Shown piece by piece: positions 31,490 through 41,820 of a stretch of DNA of 48,510 nt (position 1 is its first letter; every line of letters starts with the position of its first letter). The DNA is taken from assembly GCA_965613095.1 (NCBI GenBank), contig CBFDUF010000001.1:1-48510 (forward strand), read 5' to 3'. The position numbers were made by a program, and so were the translations under genes. The stretch is from an uncultured Thermococci archaeon. GTDB taxonomy: Archaea > Methanobacteriota_B > Thermococci > Thermococcales > Thermococcaceae. The notes beneath the pieces are model-generated. The model saw only the letters and a list, made by a program, of their open reading frames with translations. It was not told where the DNA came from and ran no database searches.

Positions 31490-32677
31490 CTAAACAATCA
31501 GATGGGCAACACCTACCGTGAAGAGTGTTGAAAAGATATCGGCCAAAGTTGTTATCGTGGGAACGGTGGCATTATCAGGATCTAAACCTAGCCTATCAAA
31601 GGCTATTGCTAAAAAATACGCCATCCACATAACCCCAAATGCCAAAAGGGGGTAGAGCAATAAAAAAGGTTTTACGAATCCAATATGTGTATGGAGTGTG
31701 AGTTTAACAACGCCAATTGCAATCAAATTTGCTAATACTCCTAATATAGCAGCTGAAATAGTATAAAGGGAAATTTCAATTACGGTTGTTTTGTTAAAAA
31801 GTTTCTCTATTTCCCCAAGATGTATTCTAGTAGATGTTTTTGCTCCTATTACTGACCCCAGATTTCCAGTACTGTCAAGTATCGCTGGATACATAACACT
31901 AAAAATTATTGAAGCATGAATTATATCACTATAACTCTCCAAAAGTGTTCCGGATATGCTCGAAATAAATGCCAATACTCCCACAATACTTAATACTTCG
32001 ACAAAGACCTTTCTCTCTTGTTTTCCAATTTTAAACCCTTTACCCACTATTAATGAGAGAATTATGGCAAGAACCAAAAGGAAATAAAAAGTCTTAGGAG
32101 TATCTTCATATAAGAACATGAAACCAACCAAAAGTGGAATAGTAATCAAGTCAGCGATAGAAGTTACTATCGGTGCAGCTACTGCATCTGGATCTACCCC
32201 TTTTTTAAATGGAATTATAGTAGCCAAAGCAGTTGAATATCCTAACAAAAGACTTGTAAATATGGTAGAGGTTATTACTATCAAAAAGACAGCGACTGCA
32301 ATTCCAACTTCTCTAACTTTAATCACGCCTACAAGCCAAAGTATGGTAACAGGAAGTAATGAGAGAAGTATAGAAATGAAAATATTCTTAACAACGTTTT
32401 TGTCCTTTAGAGTTGGATTCATTTCACCTAAATGGAGCATAGTTGTAAAACGAGAAGCTAAAGATCCATATATATTTCCTCTAAGGCCCATGAGACCAGG
32501 GAGAATAACGAGAATTATTGGATATTCAATCATTATTTTCTTAAAGAATTTTCCAAGAAACGCTCCAGCAAAAAAGTCAAGGAGTAAGCATAAAAATAAT
32601 GCTGGAAATGACGCTAGAATAATTTCTTTTAACAATCCTTCTACTCCCCTCGACGAACCTACTCGAACTACTGCCAC
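31490..32677 (-). CDS. mgtE: MgtE/SLC41-type divalent cation transporter (two MgtE membrane domains)
   Basis: PGLMGLRGN and PAILDSTGN; GVDPD..AAPIVTSIAD and GLDPDN.TVPTITTLAD. Confidence 0.88.
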   Translation of the reverse strand: MAVVRVGSSRGVEGLLKEIILASFPALFLCLLLDFFAGAFLGKFFKKIMIEYPIILVILPGLMGLRGNIYGSLASRFTTMLHLGEMNPTLKDKNVVKNIFISILLSLLPVTILWLVGVIKVREVGIAVAVFLIVITSTIFTSLLLGYSTALATIIPFKKGVDPDAVAAPIVTSIADLITIPLLVGFMFLYEDTPKTFYFLLVLAIILSLIVGKGFKIGKQERKVFVEVLSIVGVLAFISSISGTLLESYSDIIHASIIFSVMYPAILDSTGNLGSVIGAKTSTRIHLGEIEKLFNKTTVIEISLYTISAAILGVLANLIAIGVVKLTLHTHIGFVKPFLLLYPLLAFGVMWMAYFLAIAFDRLGLDPDNATVPTITTLADIFSTLFTVGVAHLIV

Positions 32678-32819
32678 TTACCTCACTCTCCATCTTTTTG
32701 TTCCTCCTGGTGCTTTTCTCTTATCATTATGATAACTCTCAAAAAATCCTATAAAAAGGTTTTGGTAACTCTAACTCATGAAAAGGCCTATGAAAAGGAA
32801 GAAATAAAAGACAAAAGGT

Positions 32820-34688
32820 TTATTCAAACTGGAACGGTGATATATAATCACCATATTTTTCTTTCGCCTCAATTAGTCTATGTCTTTCTTCTTCTAGAAC
32901 TTTAAAGAGCTCTTCAGGGATATTACCAACATCTCTGTAAATCTTTTCAATCCTTTCTATCTTAGCTAAAAATTCTGGAACCCTTATTGTAAACTGCTTC
33001 TCATAGTCTTCCCTGCTGTAATCTTTGTTGAGGACTTCCTTAAAGAGCTTCTTTAGGTCTTCATATTTGGGAATGTATCCAACGGGAGTTTTTATTGCAT
33101 CCACGTCTCCATGAACCCTCAGTTCCATCCACTTGAGCCACACAGATTTATCAAGCTTGTGATTGAGCCATTTCCCATCTTTGTCCCTGAGGAAATAGTT
33201 GACTGCAAATATCTTAGGCTTTATTCTAAGCTTTTTCTCAAATTCAAGATAATTCTTTAAGTACTTCCCGATATGAACACTTAGGAAATCAAGGATTGCC
33301 ATTGGATTAAATGCCCTGACTCCCTCTTTCCCAAGAGTGGCTGCTGTAGTTTCACTTTCCAAAGCCGCGCCCATTGTTATAACACCATGAGCCCAATCAA
33401 AGGCTTCTCTAACCGGAGGCCAAGTATCTGCATCCCTACCTCCAAAAATCATGCCGCCAACTCTAACACCGCACGGGGTCTCCAATGCTTCCAAGTCAGC
33501 ATTTGGGAATGCATCTAAGCTAACTGTGAAACGAGCGTTTTTGTGGCTTGGTGGAATTTCATTGCCTTCTGAATCTTTTTTACCTCTCCACCACTTGCCA
33601 CTATGGTTTTCTCCCTCATCCGGAATTGGGATGCCCATATCGTTCCAGTAAGGTTTTCCATCCTTAATGAGAACATTAGAGAAAATTATCTCGTTCGGTG
33701 AGTGAAGAACTTCCCAAATTATTGGGTCATCTTCCTGATTAACTCCTTGAATTATTCCAAAAACACCCTTCTCGACGTTTGCACCTCTTGCTTCTCCTTT
33801 CATGTCAACTATAAATGCTAGATCATCTCCTACAATATTCTCCCAAGAAATCATGGCAGTTGAGGTCTTACCACACATTGATGGGTAAGCTCCAGTGAAG
33901 TATGTCCTTCTTCCATTTGGCCCATTTACACGCATTAAGAACATGTGCTCACTTAACCAGCCCTCTTCAACGGCTCTTTTTATAGTTAATCTAAATGCAA
34001 GCTTCTTCAATCCTATGGTGTTTCCACCATACTGAGTATTTGCAGAGTAAACGGTTTCACCTTCTAAATCAATGTATACTCTCCTCTTATCTATGTTCTT
34101 GCTGGTCTTCCTTTCATCGAGTTCTCCTGCTGAATGTACGAACTTTAAGAACTTTGCCTCTCTACCTAAGCGCTTAAATTCTTCGTATCCCTTTCTATAA
34201 AGTATAAATTCACTATGAGCAACATAAGCAGAATCAGTAAGCTGAACTGCTGGTATCGTGAAAACGGAATTTTTAGGGCCGAGCACAAAGAAGCATACAA
34301 AGAGCTCCTTCCCTTTAGCTATACCTTTCATAATCTCATGTATCTCTTTAAGGCCTTTTTCTCTGTCCATAGTATTAATAAAAGGTATTTCAACACCTTT
34401 AGGCACTAATATTTTAGTTCTTGCCTTATCTCTTGCTTGATCGTAGTAACCATCATAATGGATGGTATGGCCTTCCATTGCAAGAGATTTTTCCTCACCA
34501 TACTCAATTGCCCTTCTTCTTATGTAATTCTCATCTTCTTTTGAATCCGTACAAATAAAGACTCTTGCAGGATTCAGAAGTTCAATGTACTTTGCCAAGA
34601 ATTCATTAAGTTCTGGGTTACCAATCCCTTTAATTTTTTCAAATTGTTCCGGATCTAGTCTTTTCTTTAGATAATCCTCTGGAGTCAT
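32820..34688 (-). CDS. pckG: Phosphoenolpyruvate carboxykinase (GTP)
   Basis: YGGN, WLSEHM, YPSMCGKT, VGDD, FGGRD, FNPMA. Confidence 0.97.
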   Translation of the reverse strand: MTPEDYLKKRLDPEQFEKIKGIGNPELNEFLAKYIELLNPARVFICTDSKEDENYIRRRAIEYGEEKSLAMEGHTIHYDGYYDQARDKARTKILVPKGVEIPFINTMDREKGLKEIHEIMKGIAKGKELFVCFFVLGPKNSVFTIPAVQLTDSAYVAHSEFILYRKGYEEFKRLGREAKFLKFVHSAGELDERKTSKNIDKRRVYIDLEGETVYSANTQYGGNTIGLKKLAFRLTIKRAVEEGWLSEHMFLMRVNGPNGRRTYFTGAYPSMCGKTSTAMISWENIVGDDLAFIVDMKGEARGANVEKGVFGIIQGVNQEDDPIIWEVLHSPNEIIFSNVLIKDGKPYWNDMGIPIPDEGENHSGKWWRGKKDSEGNEIPPSHKNARFTVSLDAFPNADLEALETPCGVRVGGMIFGGRDADTWPPVREAFDWAHGVITMGAALESETTAATLGKEGVRAFNPMAILDFLSVHIGKYLKNYLEFEKKLRIKPKIFAVNYFLRDKDGKWLNHKLDKSVWLKWMELRVHGDVDAIKTPVGYIPKYEDLKKLFKEVLNKDYSREDYEKQFTIRVPEFLAKIERIEKIYRDVGNIPEELFKVLEEERHRLIEAKEKYGDYISPFQFE

Positions 34689-34804
34689 TTACATCACCGT
34701 AAAACTTTTACATTTAGAAATTAAAAAGGTTTCTACAATATCCCGCCAGACATCACCAAAAATTATATTAACAGAGACTTCCTAATTCTTATGGTGCAAA
34801 AAAT

Positions 34805-35890
34805 ATGCATGCAGTGATCCTAACGGGCGGAAAAGGGACACGATTGCTTCCCTTAACAGTTTATCGTCCCAAACCAATGATCCCATTCTTCAATAAACCC
34901 ATGATGGAATATGTGGTAAAAGAACTAGTAAACGCCGGTGTAGAAGAGATATTTATCCTCGTAGGGTATCTCAAAGAGAGGATCATGAATTATTTCGGTG
35001 ATGGAAGCGATTTTGGAGTGGAAATAAAATATTCAAATGGAGAAAATATAAAACTTGGAACAGCCGGCGCTACAAAAAAAGTAGCAGACAGAATAGATGA
35101 TACTTTCATTGTGGCTTCAAGCGACGTGCTCACAAACCTTGATATCAAGACACTCTATGATTACCATAAAAGAAAGAAAGCTCTAGCCACTATAGCTTTA
35201 TCCCAAGTTGAAGATCCAAGCCAATATGGGATTGCAATTGTAAATTCAAATAACAGAATATTAAAGTTCAAAGAAAAGCCCAGACCTGAAGAAGCTTTTA
35301 GTAATCTAGTGAATGCAGGTGTTTACATTTTTGAGCCTGAGGTCTTTGACCTAGTTCCTAGAGGGCAGAATTTTGATTTCTCCCTTAACCTATTCCCAAA
35401 AATGTTAGAGGAAAATCTCCCTCTTTACGGGTTCCCCTTTGAAGAATACTGGAATGACGTAGGGAGGCCTTCAAGTTACCTTCAAGCAACAGCAGATGTA
35501 TTTCTCGGGAAGCTTAAGCTACCTCAAATAAGAACTGATTCCCTTAAAGGGAACCTAGAATATGGAGGCTCCCTTTACAGTGGAAGAAGGTGCCAAATAA
35601 GAAAGCCGCAGATAAGAGGGTTTGCGGTTTTAGGGGACAATGTTGAAATAAGCAGAAATGTTAAAATAGAACGTTCAGTGATACTCTCAAATGTAACTAT
35701 AGAAGAAGGAGCAGAGATTTATGAAGCAATTATAGGAGAGAATGTTTATATTGGAAAAGGCGTTATTATTGAAAGTGGGAGTGTCATCGGTGATAATTCG
35801 GTGATTGAAGACTTCACAAAGATTGGGGCCAATGTAAAGATCTGGACCGAGTCAAGAATTGGTAGAGAAAGTATAATACTTCCTGATTGA
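34805..35890 (+). CDS. Sugar-phosphate nucleotidyltransferase (NDP-sugar synthase, mannose-1-P guanylyltransferase-like)
   Basis: LTGGKGTRLLPLT..RPKP, LGTAGA, FKEKP, WNDVG, C-terminal hexapeptide repeats. Confidence 0.93.
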   Translation: MHAVILTGGKGTRLLPLTVYRPKPMIPFFNKPMMEYVVKELVNAGVEEIFILVGYLKERIMNYFGDGSDFGVEIKYSNGENIKLGTAGATKKVADRIDDTFIVASSDVLTNLDIKTLYDYHKRKKALATIALSQVEDPSQYGIAIVNSNNRILKFKEKPRPEEAFSNLVNAGVYIFEPEVFDLVPRGQNFDFSLNLFPKMLEENLPLYGFPFEEYWNDVGRPSSYLQATADVFLGKLKLPQIRTDSLKGNLEYGGSLYSGRRCQIRKPQIRGFAVLGDNVEISRNVKIERSVILSNVTIEEGAEIYEAIIGENVYIGKGVIIESGSVIGDNSVIEDFTKIGANVKIWTESRIGRESIILPD

Positions 35891-35900
35891 GGTGGTTGTG

Positions 35901-36608
35901 ATGGAAATCTATAGATCTGAAGAATTTAACCCAGAGGAGCTTGCTCTGCTTGGAAGGGCCATCGGAACAGTTGCCCAAGGGACTATAATAGTGGGAAGGG
36001 ATGGAAGAGCAATTTCAAGATACGGAAAGAGAGCTCTAGTAGTTGGGATAGTGAGTACCGGATCCTCCACAATGGATGTAAGGTTGATCCCCCTCATAGT
36101 CCTCAAGGATTTCGCCCACAAACGGGGCCTTCCTCTCGTATATATTTATTATTACAATGGAGTGAATGTAGAAGTTAGCGGATTTGACCCCGATGAAATA
36201 AATGCGCTACTAAAAACAAAGAGGTTTATAAAAGCTCATCCTAACGACATCGGGGCCACTATTTATTATCCAAATGCACTGGATGATTTCCTTCAAGATA
36301 TGTTCAAGCACTACAGCTTTGAAATAGAAGGCAAAGCTTTGATTGATTGTATGAACACCCCAGCAGTGCTTTTATTCCCCAGATTAAATGAACACTTGAG
36401 ATTTGAGGCAGAACTCCTTAATGATATGATGACCAGTTATTTGCCCCCCAAACCACAAGAAGTTTATTTGCAAAAGCTTAAAAAGGGAAATTACACCTTT
36501 GGACTTCGTTTCCGGCCAGACGGGCATGTGGAGTTCTACAAAGATGGAGAAGAAAAAGAATTCGGAAGTATGTGGAAATTGTTAGATCATATGAAAAAAG
36601 TTCTTTGA
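35901..36608 (+). CDS. Truncated phosphohexomutase-like protein
   Basis: IIVGRDGR..SR...LVVGIVSTG resembles PGM/PMM domain I; no SHNP or DGDxD motifs. Confidence 0.75.
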   Translation: MEIYRSEEFNPEELALLGRAIGTVAQGTIIVGRDGRAISRYGKRALVVGIVSTGSSTMDVRLIPLIVLKDFAHKRGLPLVYIYYYNGVNVEVSGFDPDEINALLKTKRFIKAHPNDIGATIYYPNALDDFLQDMFKHYSFEIEGKALIDCMNTPAVLLFPRLNEHLRFEAELLNDMMTSYLPPKPQEVYLQKLKKGNYTFGLRFRPDGHVEFYKDGEEKEFGSMWKLLDHMKKVL

Positions 36609-36637
36609 AAAAATAGAAGTCCTCTGGAGGTACGACT

Positions 36638-37270
36638 ATGGGAATATTTATTGTCCTAGAAGGCATAGATGGAGCTGGAAAATCAACACAGGCCAAAATG
36701 CTTGCAAAATGGTTTGAAAATAGAGGATATGAAGTTGTGTTAACAAAAGAACCAACTGATACTGCTTTTGGAAAATTAATCAGACGTTTAGTTCTAATAG
36801 GTGGAAAGGAGGGTATAATCGACGGTGCTAGGATAAGCAAAGAGGCCGAGGCACTGCTTTTTGCCGCAGATAGAGCAGAACATGTTAAAAAACTTATAGA
36901 ACCTTCTATAAAAGCGGGGAAGGTAGTTATATCTGATAGATATTTTTACTCATCCCTCGCTTATCAATGGGCAAGAGGCCTTGACCTAGACTGGCTTATT
37001 AATTTGAATGCATTTGCTCCAAGAGCTGATTTGGTTATATTGCTAGATTTACCCGTTAAAGAAAGTATAAACAGAATAAATGGAAGAAGCATCAGATCTG
37101 AATTCGATAAAATCGTAGAACTTCAGAAAAAGGTCAGGAAAAACTATCTAAAACTTGCGGAAAAGTTTAATGAAATAAGAATAATTAATGCTCTTGCTCC
37201 TGTGGAGGACATTCACAATGACATTACTGCTCTCGTAGAGCACGAACTCTTTGAAAAAGCAGAAGATTGA
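36638..37270 (+). CDS. tmk: Thymidylate kinase
   Basis: [35 protein letters not shown]. Confidence 0.96.
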   Translation: MGIFIVLEGIDGAGKSTQAKMLAKWFENRGYEVVLTKEPTDTAFGKLIRRLVLIGGKEGIIDGARISKEAEALLFAADRAEHVKKLIEPSIKAGKVVISDRYFYSSLAYQWARGLDLDWLINLNAFAPRADLVILLDLPVKESINRINGRSIRSEFDKIVELQKKVRKNYLKLAEKFNEIRIINALAPVEDIHNDITALVEHELFEKAED

Positions 37271-37313
37271 ATAAATCCCAAACCCTTTTAACTTCCTTTT
37301 CTTTAAAACACTT

Positions 37314-37372
37314 AGCCGATGACGAGCGTTAGCCACTCTGATGTGATGAAGAAAAGAGGGTTACCTGAGGCT
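37314..37372 (+). ncRNA. Archaeal box C/D guide sRNA
   Basis: Terminal stem AGCC/GGCT; C box ATGACGA 37319-25, D' CTGA 37338-41, C' GTGATGA 37343-49, D CTGA 37365-68; followed by a T-run. Confidence 0.9.
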
Positions 37373-37582
37373 TTTGAACTCTTATCCTACTCCCTTATAA
37401 AGAAGGCCAAAGAAGAGACTGAGATTTAAAAGATTCAAAAAAAGAAAATATAAGTTACATTCATGTTCCTTTATGCTCATCAAAGATGTATTTGTGCTTT
37501 CTTGTGCCCAAACTTGCTTAACTGCACTTTCTCGGAAAACTTATATAGACTTTTACCGATAGGGAACTCGGTGATTGTAAAA

Positions 37583-38944
37583 ATGCTTGATTACTTTTTC
37601 ACTCCAAAAAGCATAGCAGTGCTAGGAGCATCGAACGATCCACTAAAACTGGGATATGAAGTCTTCAAGAACCTTAAAGAGTATGGAGAGGAAGTATATC
37701 CCATCAATATAAAAGAAGAAACTATCCAAGGCGTTAAGGCATACAAAAATGTTAAGGAGATTTCAGAAGATGTTGATTTAGCAGTTATAGTTGTTCCAAG
37801 GAGATTCGTCAAGCAAGCACTCATTGATTGCGGCGAGAAAGGTGTTAAAGGAGCCATCATAATCACGGCCGGTTTTGGAGAAATGGGTGAAGAGGGTAAA
37901 AGAGAAGAAAGAGAACTTGTAGAGATAGCACACAAATACGGAATGAGAATCATAGGGCCCAACTGTGTTGGAGTTATGGACACCCATAGTAATCTCAATG
38001 CAACGTTTATAATGAATGCCAAGAAAGGAAGCGTAGCCTTCGTTTCCCAGAGTGGTGCTTTAGGAGCGGGAATAGTCTACAAAACCATTAAAGAAGATAT
38101 CGGATTCTCGAAATTTATAAGCGTTGGAAATATGGCTGACGTTGATTTCGCAGATTTGATGGAATATTTAGCCGAAGATAATAATAGTAAGTCCATTGCC
38201 TTATATATTGAAGGAATAAAGAATGGAAAAAAATTCATGGAAATAGCCAAAAAAGTTAGCAAAAAGAAGCCAATAATAGCCTTAAAAGCTGGAAAAAGTG
38301 AAAGTGGAGCAAGAGCAGCTTCTTCTCACACAGGAAGTCTTGCGGGAAGTTATGCAATCTATGATGCAGCATTCAAACAGAGTGGAGTGCTCGTAGCTGA
38401 AACCATAGATGACCTACTTAGTATGGCAAGGGCCTTTACTCAACCACTACCAAAGGGTAAGAAAGTAGCAATAATGACCAACGCTGGTGGCCCTGGAGTC
38501 CTAACTGCTGATCAGCTTGATAAACGTGGACTTAAGCTGGCCAATTTGAAAGAAGAAACAATGGAAAAGCTTAGGGAATTTTTACCCCCAATGGCGGCAG
38601 TTAAAAATCCCGTTGACATGATAGCAAGTGCAAGAGGAGAAGATTATTATAAAACAGCCAAACTTCTTTTAGAAGATGAGAATGTTGATATGCTCATTGC
38701 AATTTGTGTTGTTCCAACTTTTGCTGGAATGACCCCCACAGAACATGCAGAGGACATAGTAAGAGCTGTAAAGGAAGTCAACAATGGAAAACCTGTTTTA
38801 GCACTCTTTATGGCTGGATACGTTAGTGAGAAAGCCAAAGAACTCCTAGAAAAGGAGGGTATTCCAGCGTATGAAAGACCAGAAGATGTTGGTTCCGCAG
38901 CATATGCTTTAGCTGCGTTTGCAGAGAAAAATTTGGAGGTGTAA
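37583..38944 (+). CDS. acdA: ADP-forming acyl-CoA synthetase (acetate--CoA ligase) alpha subunit
   Basis: PKSIAVLGAS, IIGPNCVG, SQSGALG, phospho-His SHTGSLAG, TNAGGPG, NPVD; start ATG 37583 after GGTGA. Confidence 0.93.
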   Translation: MLDYFFTPKSIAVLGASNDPLKLGYEVFKNLKEYGEEVYPINIKEETIQGVKAYKNVKEISEDVDLAVIVVPRRFVKQALIDCGEKGVKGAIIITAGFGEMGEEGKREERELVEIAHKYGMRIIGPNCVGVMDTHSNLNATFIMNAKKGSVAFVSQSGALGAGIVYKTIKEDIGFSKFISVGNMADVDFADLMEYLAEDNNSKSIALYIEGIKNGKKFMEIAKKVSKKKPIIALKAGKSESGARAASSHTGSLAGSYAIYDAAFKQSGVLVAETIDDLLSMARAFTQPLPKGKKVAIMTNAGGPGVLTADQLDKRGLKLANLKEETMEKLREFLPPMAAVKNPVDMIASARGEDYYKTAKLLLEDENVDMLIAICVVPTFAGMTPTEHAEDIVRAVKEVNNGKPVLALFMAGYVSEKAKELLEKEGIPAYERPEDVGSAAYALAAFAEKNLEV

Positions 38945-38947
38945 TTA

Positions 38948-40888
38948 ATGGCTAAGGTTAGTGATATAGTTTTATGGGATAAGCCCGGAGAAAAAGTTCT
39001 CCTTTTAGGAAACCAAGCAATAGCCAGGGGTGCCTTGGAAGCTAACATAGCGGTTTATGCTGCTTATCCTGGAACTCCAAGTTCCGAACTCACGGACACC
39101 ATGGCAATTGTAAGCAAAAAGGCAGGCGTTTACATGGAGTACTCCACAAACGAAAAAGTGGCCTTCGAAACGGCCTTAGCTGCAGCATGGAGCGGCCTTA
39201 GAGCCATGACAGCGATGAAGCACGTTGGATTAAACGTTGCTGCCGATACTTTCATGAGTGCTGTTGGAATGGGTGTTGAGGGCGGATTCGTTATAATGGT
39301 TGCTGACGATCCAAGCATGTGGTCCTCTCAAAGCGAGCAAGACACTAGAGTTTACGGCAAGTTTGCAAATGTTCCTGTTCTTGAGCCAATAAGCCCCCAT
39401 GAGGCAAAGGAAATGACAAAGTACGCCTTTGAACTCAGTGAAAAGTTCAAACACTTTGTGATTTTAAGAACAACTACAAGAACCTCCCACGCGAGGGGAG
39501 ATGTTGTTCTTGGTGAACTGCCTGATGAAATAAAGCAAGCAAAGAGGAAATTTGGGAAATTCAACAAAGATCCAAGCAGATTCGTGGATGTTCCTGCCAA
39601 TGCAAGAAAGTTCCACCCAGCAATCCTTGAAAAGATCGAGAAGATCAGGGGAGAATTAAACAACTGTCCTTTCAACTGGATAGAGGGTAAAGAAGACGCT
39701 AAGATCGGTATAATAGCCCCAGGATTGAGCTATGCGTATGTAAAAGAGGCCTTAGCGTGGTTAGGAATTGAAGATGTAAAGATTCTCAAACTAGGAACAC
39801 CATTCCCCGTCCCCTACGGCCTTCTTGAGAAGTTCTTTGAAGGATTAGAGAGAGTATTAATAGTCGAGGAACTCGAACCAGTTGTAGAGGAACAAGTGAA
39901 AACATGGGCATTTGATAAAAAGCTCAATATTGAGATAAAGGGCAAAGAGCTTGTCCCGAGAATTTATGAAATGACCACTAGAAGAGCTGTAACAGCTATA
40001 GCAAAATTCCTTGGCCTTGAAACACCAATAAACTTTGAGGAACTCGATGAAAAATATGAAAAGGTCAAGCCATTGCTCCCACCAAGGCCGCCCTCACTCT
40101 GTCCCGCTTGCCCACACAGAAGCAGCTTCTACGCAATAAAGAAAGCAACAGGAGGAAAAGCTATATATCCAAGCGATATTGGATGTTATACCCTTGGTCT
40201 CCTGCCTCCTCTTAAGACTGTTGATACGACAATTGCAATGGGTGCTTCAATTGGAATAGCTCACGGGTTAAGCATAGCACAAAATGGAAGCTTAAGCGAA
40301 GAACAACAAGGCCCAGAAAAGCAGGTAATAGTGGCCTCCATTGGTGACTCAACGTTTTATCACACAGGACTACCAGCGTTAGCAAATGCCATATACAACC
40401 GCTCTAATGTGCTTATTGTAGTCCTTGACAACCTCGTCACGGCAATGACCGGTGACCAACCAAACCCAAGTACGGGACAAACTCCACATGGTATGGGTAA
40501 AAGGATACCAATTGAGGATGTCGCAAAGGCTATGGGTGCTGACTTTGTTGCTGTCGTTGACCCATACGACATCAAAGCAACTTATGAGACTGTGAAGAAG
40601 GCCCTTGAAGTTGAAGGAGTTAGCGTTATAGTTTCAAGACAAGTTTGTGCCTTACATAGGATCGGCCAAATGAGAAGAAGAGGCGAGAAATGGCCAATTT
40701 ACTACGTAAACGAGGACAAGTGTACTGGCTGTAGGATATGTATCAACGCTTACGGATGTCCAGCAATTTATTGGGATGAAGAGAAGAAACAAGCAAGAGT
40801 TGAACCAACAATGTGCTGGGGATGTGGAGGTTGTGCCCAAGTGTGCCCGTTTGGGGCTTTTGAGCCTATGAAGGAGGGAGAACAATGA
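38948..40888 (+). CDS. iorA: Indolepyruvate:ferredoxin oxidoreductase alpha subunit
   Basis: [37 protein letters not shown], two C-terminal 4Fe-4S motifs. Confidence 0.97.
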   Translation: MAKVSDIVLWDKPGEKVLLLGNQAIARGALEANIAVYAAYPGTPSSELTDTMAIVSKKAGVYMEYSTNEKVAFETALAAAWSGLRAMTAMKHVGLNVAADTFMSAVGMGVEGGFVIMVADDPSMWSSQSEQDTRVYGKFANVPVLEPISPHEAKEMTKYAFELSEKFKHFVILRTTTRTSHARGDVVLGELPDEIKQAKRKFGKFNKDPSRFVDVPANARKFHPAILEKIEKIRGELNNCPFNWIEGKEDAKIGIIAPGLSYAYVKEALAWLGIEDVKILKLGTPFPVPYGLLEKFFEGLERVLIVEELEPVVEEQVKTWAFDKKLNIEIKGKELVPRIYEMTTRRAVTAIAKFLGLETPINFEELDEKYEKVKPLLPPRPPSLCPACPHRSSFYAIKKATGGKAIYPSDIGCYTLGLLPPLKTVDTTIAMGASIGIAHGLSIAQNGSLSEEQQGPEKQVIVASIGDSTFYHTGLPALANAIYNRSNVLIVVLDNLVTAMTGDQPNPSTGQTPHGMGKRIPIEDVAKAMGADFVAVVDPYDIKATYETVKKALEVEGVSVIVSRQVCALHRIGQMRRRGEKWPIYYVNEDKCTGCRICINAYGCPAIYWDEEKKQARVEPTMCWGCGGCAQVCPFGAFEPMKEGEQ

Positions 40889-41493
40889 AGGAGTATAATA
40901 TAGTCATCACAGGAGTTGGCGGGCAAGGAGTTTTAACAGCAGCAAACATACTTGGATGGGCTGCACTCCATGCAGGGTATAAAGTGAGACTTGGTGAAGT
41001 TCACGGAATGAGCCAAAGATTCGGAAGTGTCATAAGTTATGTGCGCTTTGGTGAAGACGTTTATGGTTCTATGGTTCCTGAAGGAAAAGCCGATGTTATG
41101 CTTTCATTCGAACCCGTAGAGGCTTTAAGATACATAAACTATCTTAAGGAAGGTGGAATGGTTGTCGTAAACACAAAGCCAATTGTTCCAGTGCAAGTTT
41201 CAATGGGAATGGCAAGCTATCCAAGCCTTGAAGAGATAAGAAAAGTTTTTGAGGAGGAGTTCAAGGCAAAATGGATTGGATTTAACGCAGAAGAGCTTGC
41301 AGAACAAGCAGGACATGTTGTTACAACAAACACAGTATTAATAGGGGCCTTAACTCAGATACCTGAGTTCCCACTTGATGCAGAACATGTTAGAGAAGTC
41401 ATAAAGATCACCATCCCCCCTAAAGCCGTAGACATAAACATGAAGGCCTTCGACCTCGGAATAAAAGCTGCAAAAGAGATACTGGGGCTTTAG
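40885..41493 (+). CDS. iorB: Indolepyruvate:ferredoxin oxidoreductase beta subunit
   Basis: [26 protein letters not shown]; overlaps iorA stop. Confidence 0.97.
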   Translation: MKEYNIVITGVGGQGVLTAANILGWAALHAGYKVRLGEVHGMSQRFGSVISYVRFGEDVYGSMVPEGKADVMLSFEPVEALRYINYLKEGGMVVVNTKPIVPVQVSMGMASYPSLEEIRKVFEEEFKAKWIGFNAEELAEQAGHVVTTNTVLIGALTQIPEFPLDAEHVREVIKITIPPKAVDINMKAFDLGIKAAKEILGL

Positions 41494-41543
41494 GCTCTCT
41501 CTTTATATTTGTATTTCATTTGTACTTTCCCAAAACGATTAAA

Positions 41544-41675
41544 TTAGATTTCTAACCTCTTTACTGCCCAGTTATAAAGCACTACTGCGATTATTAGACT
41601 AGTAAGTGTTGCTAAACCTATCCACAAGATATCAGGTGCTATCTCACTCGCAGGTCTGTTGTAGATCTCCAAAAG
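41544..41675 (-). pseudogene. C-terminal remnant of a membrane protein (ABC-2 permease-like)
   Basis: EIYNRPASEIAPDILWIGLATLTSLIIAVVLYNWAVKRLEI* is a single TM helix typical of ABC-2 permease C-termini; upstream part replaced by hairpin copy D. Confidence 0.5.
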
Positions 41676-41686
41676 ACGGAAGTCCT

Positions 41687-41720
41687 GTGAACTACCCCGC
41701 CCTTTCGGAAGGGGATTTCC
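41687..41720. mobile_element. IS200/IS605-end-like hairpin remnant (copy D)
   Basis: GTGAACTACCCCGCCCTTTCGGAAGGGGATTTCC; reverse complement ends GGGCGGGGTAGTTCAC. Confidence 0.6.
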
Positions 41721-41820
41721 TACTCGATAAGTGCAAAAGTTCAAAGGGGATTCTATGGGTGTGAAATAAACGAAAATATTATTACTACTGATCATTAAAT
41801 TATATGTTAGGTGCGCCTCC

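Noticed and set aside
32118-32732. 204-aa ORF antisense to mgtE, and the many other short antisense ORFs in the track
   Set aside because: Shadow ORFs opposite well-supported genes, with no motifs or RBS
37463-37582. N-terminal extensions in the ORF track for acdA (also slyD, pop, wtpB, M20, the ATPase and TrkA-C)
   Set aside because: Downstream ATGs with GGTGA/GGAGG RBS match the family N-termini; the extensions run through promoter DNA or neighbouring genes
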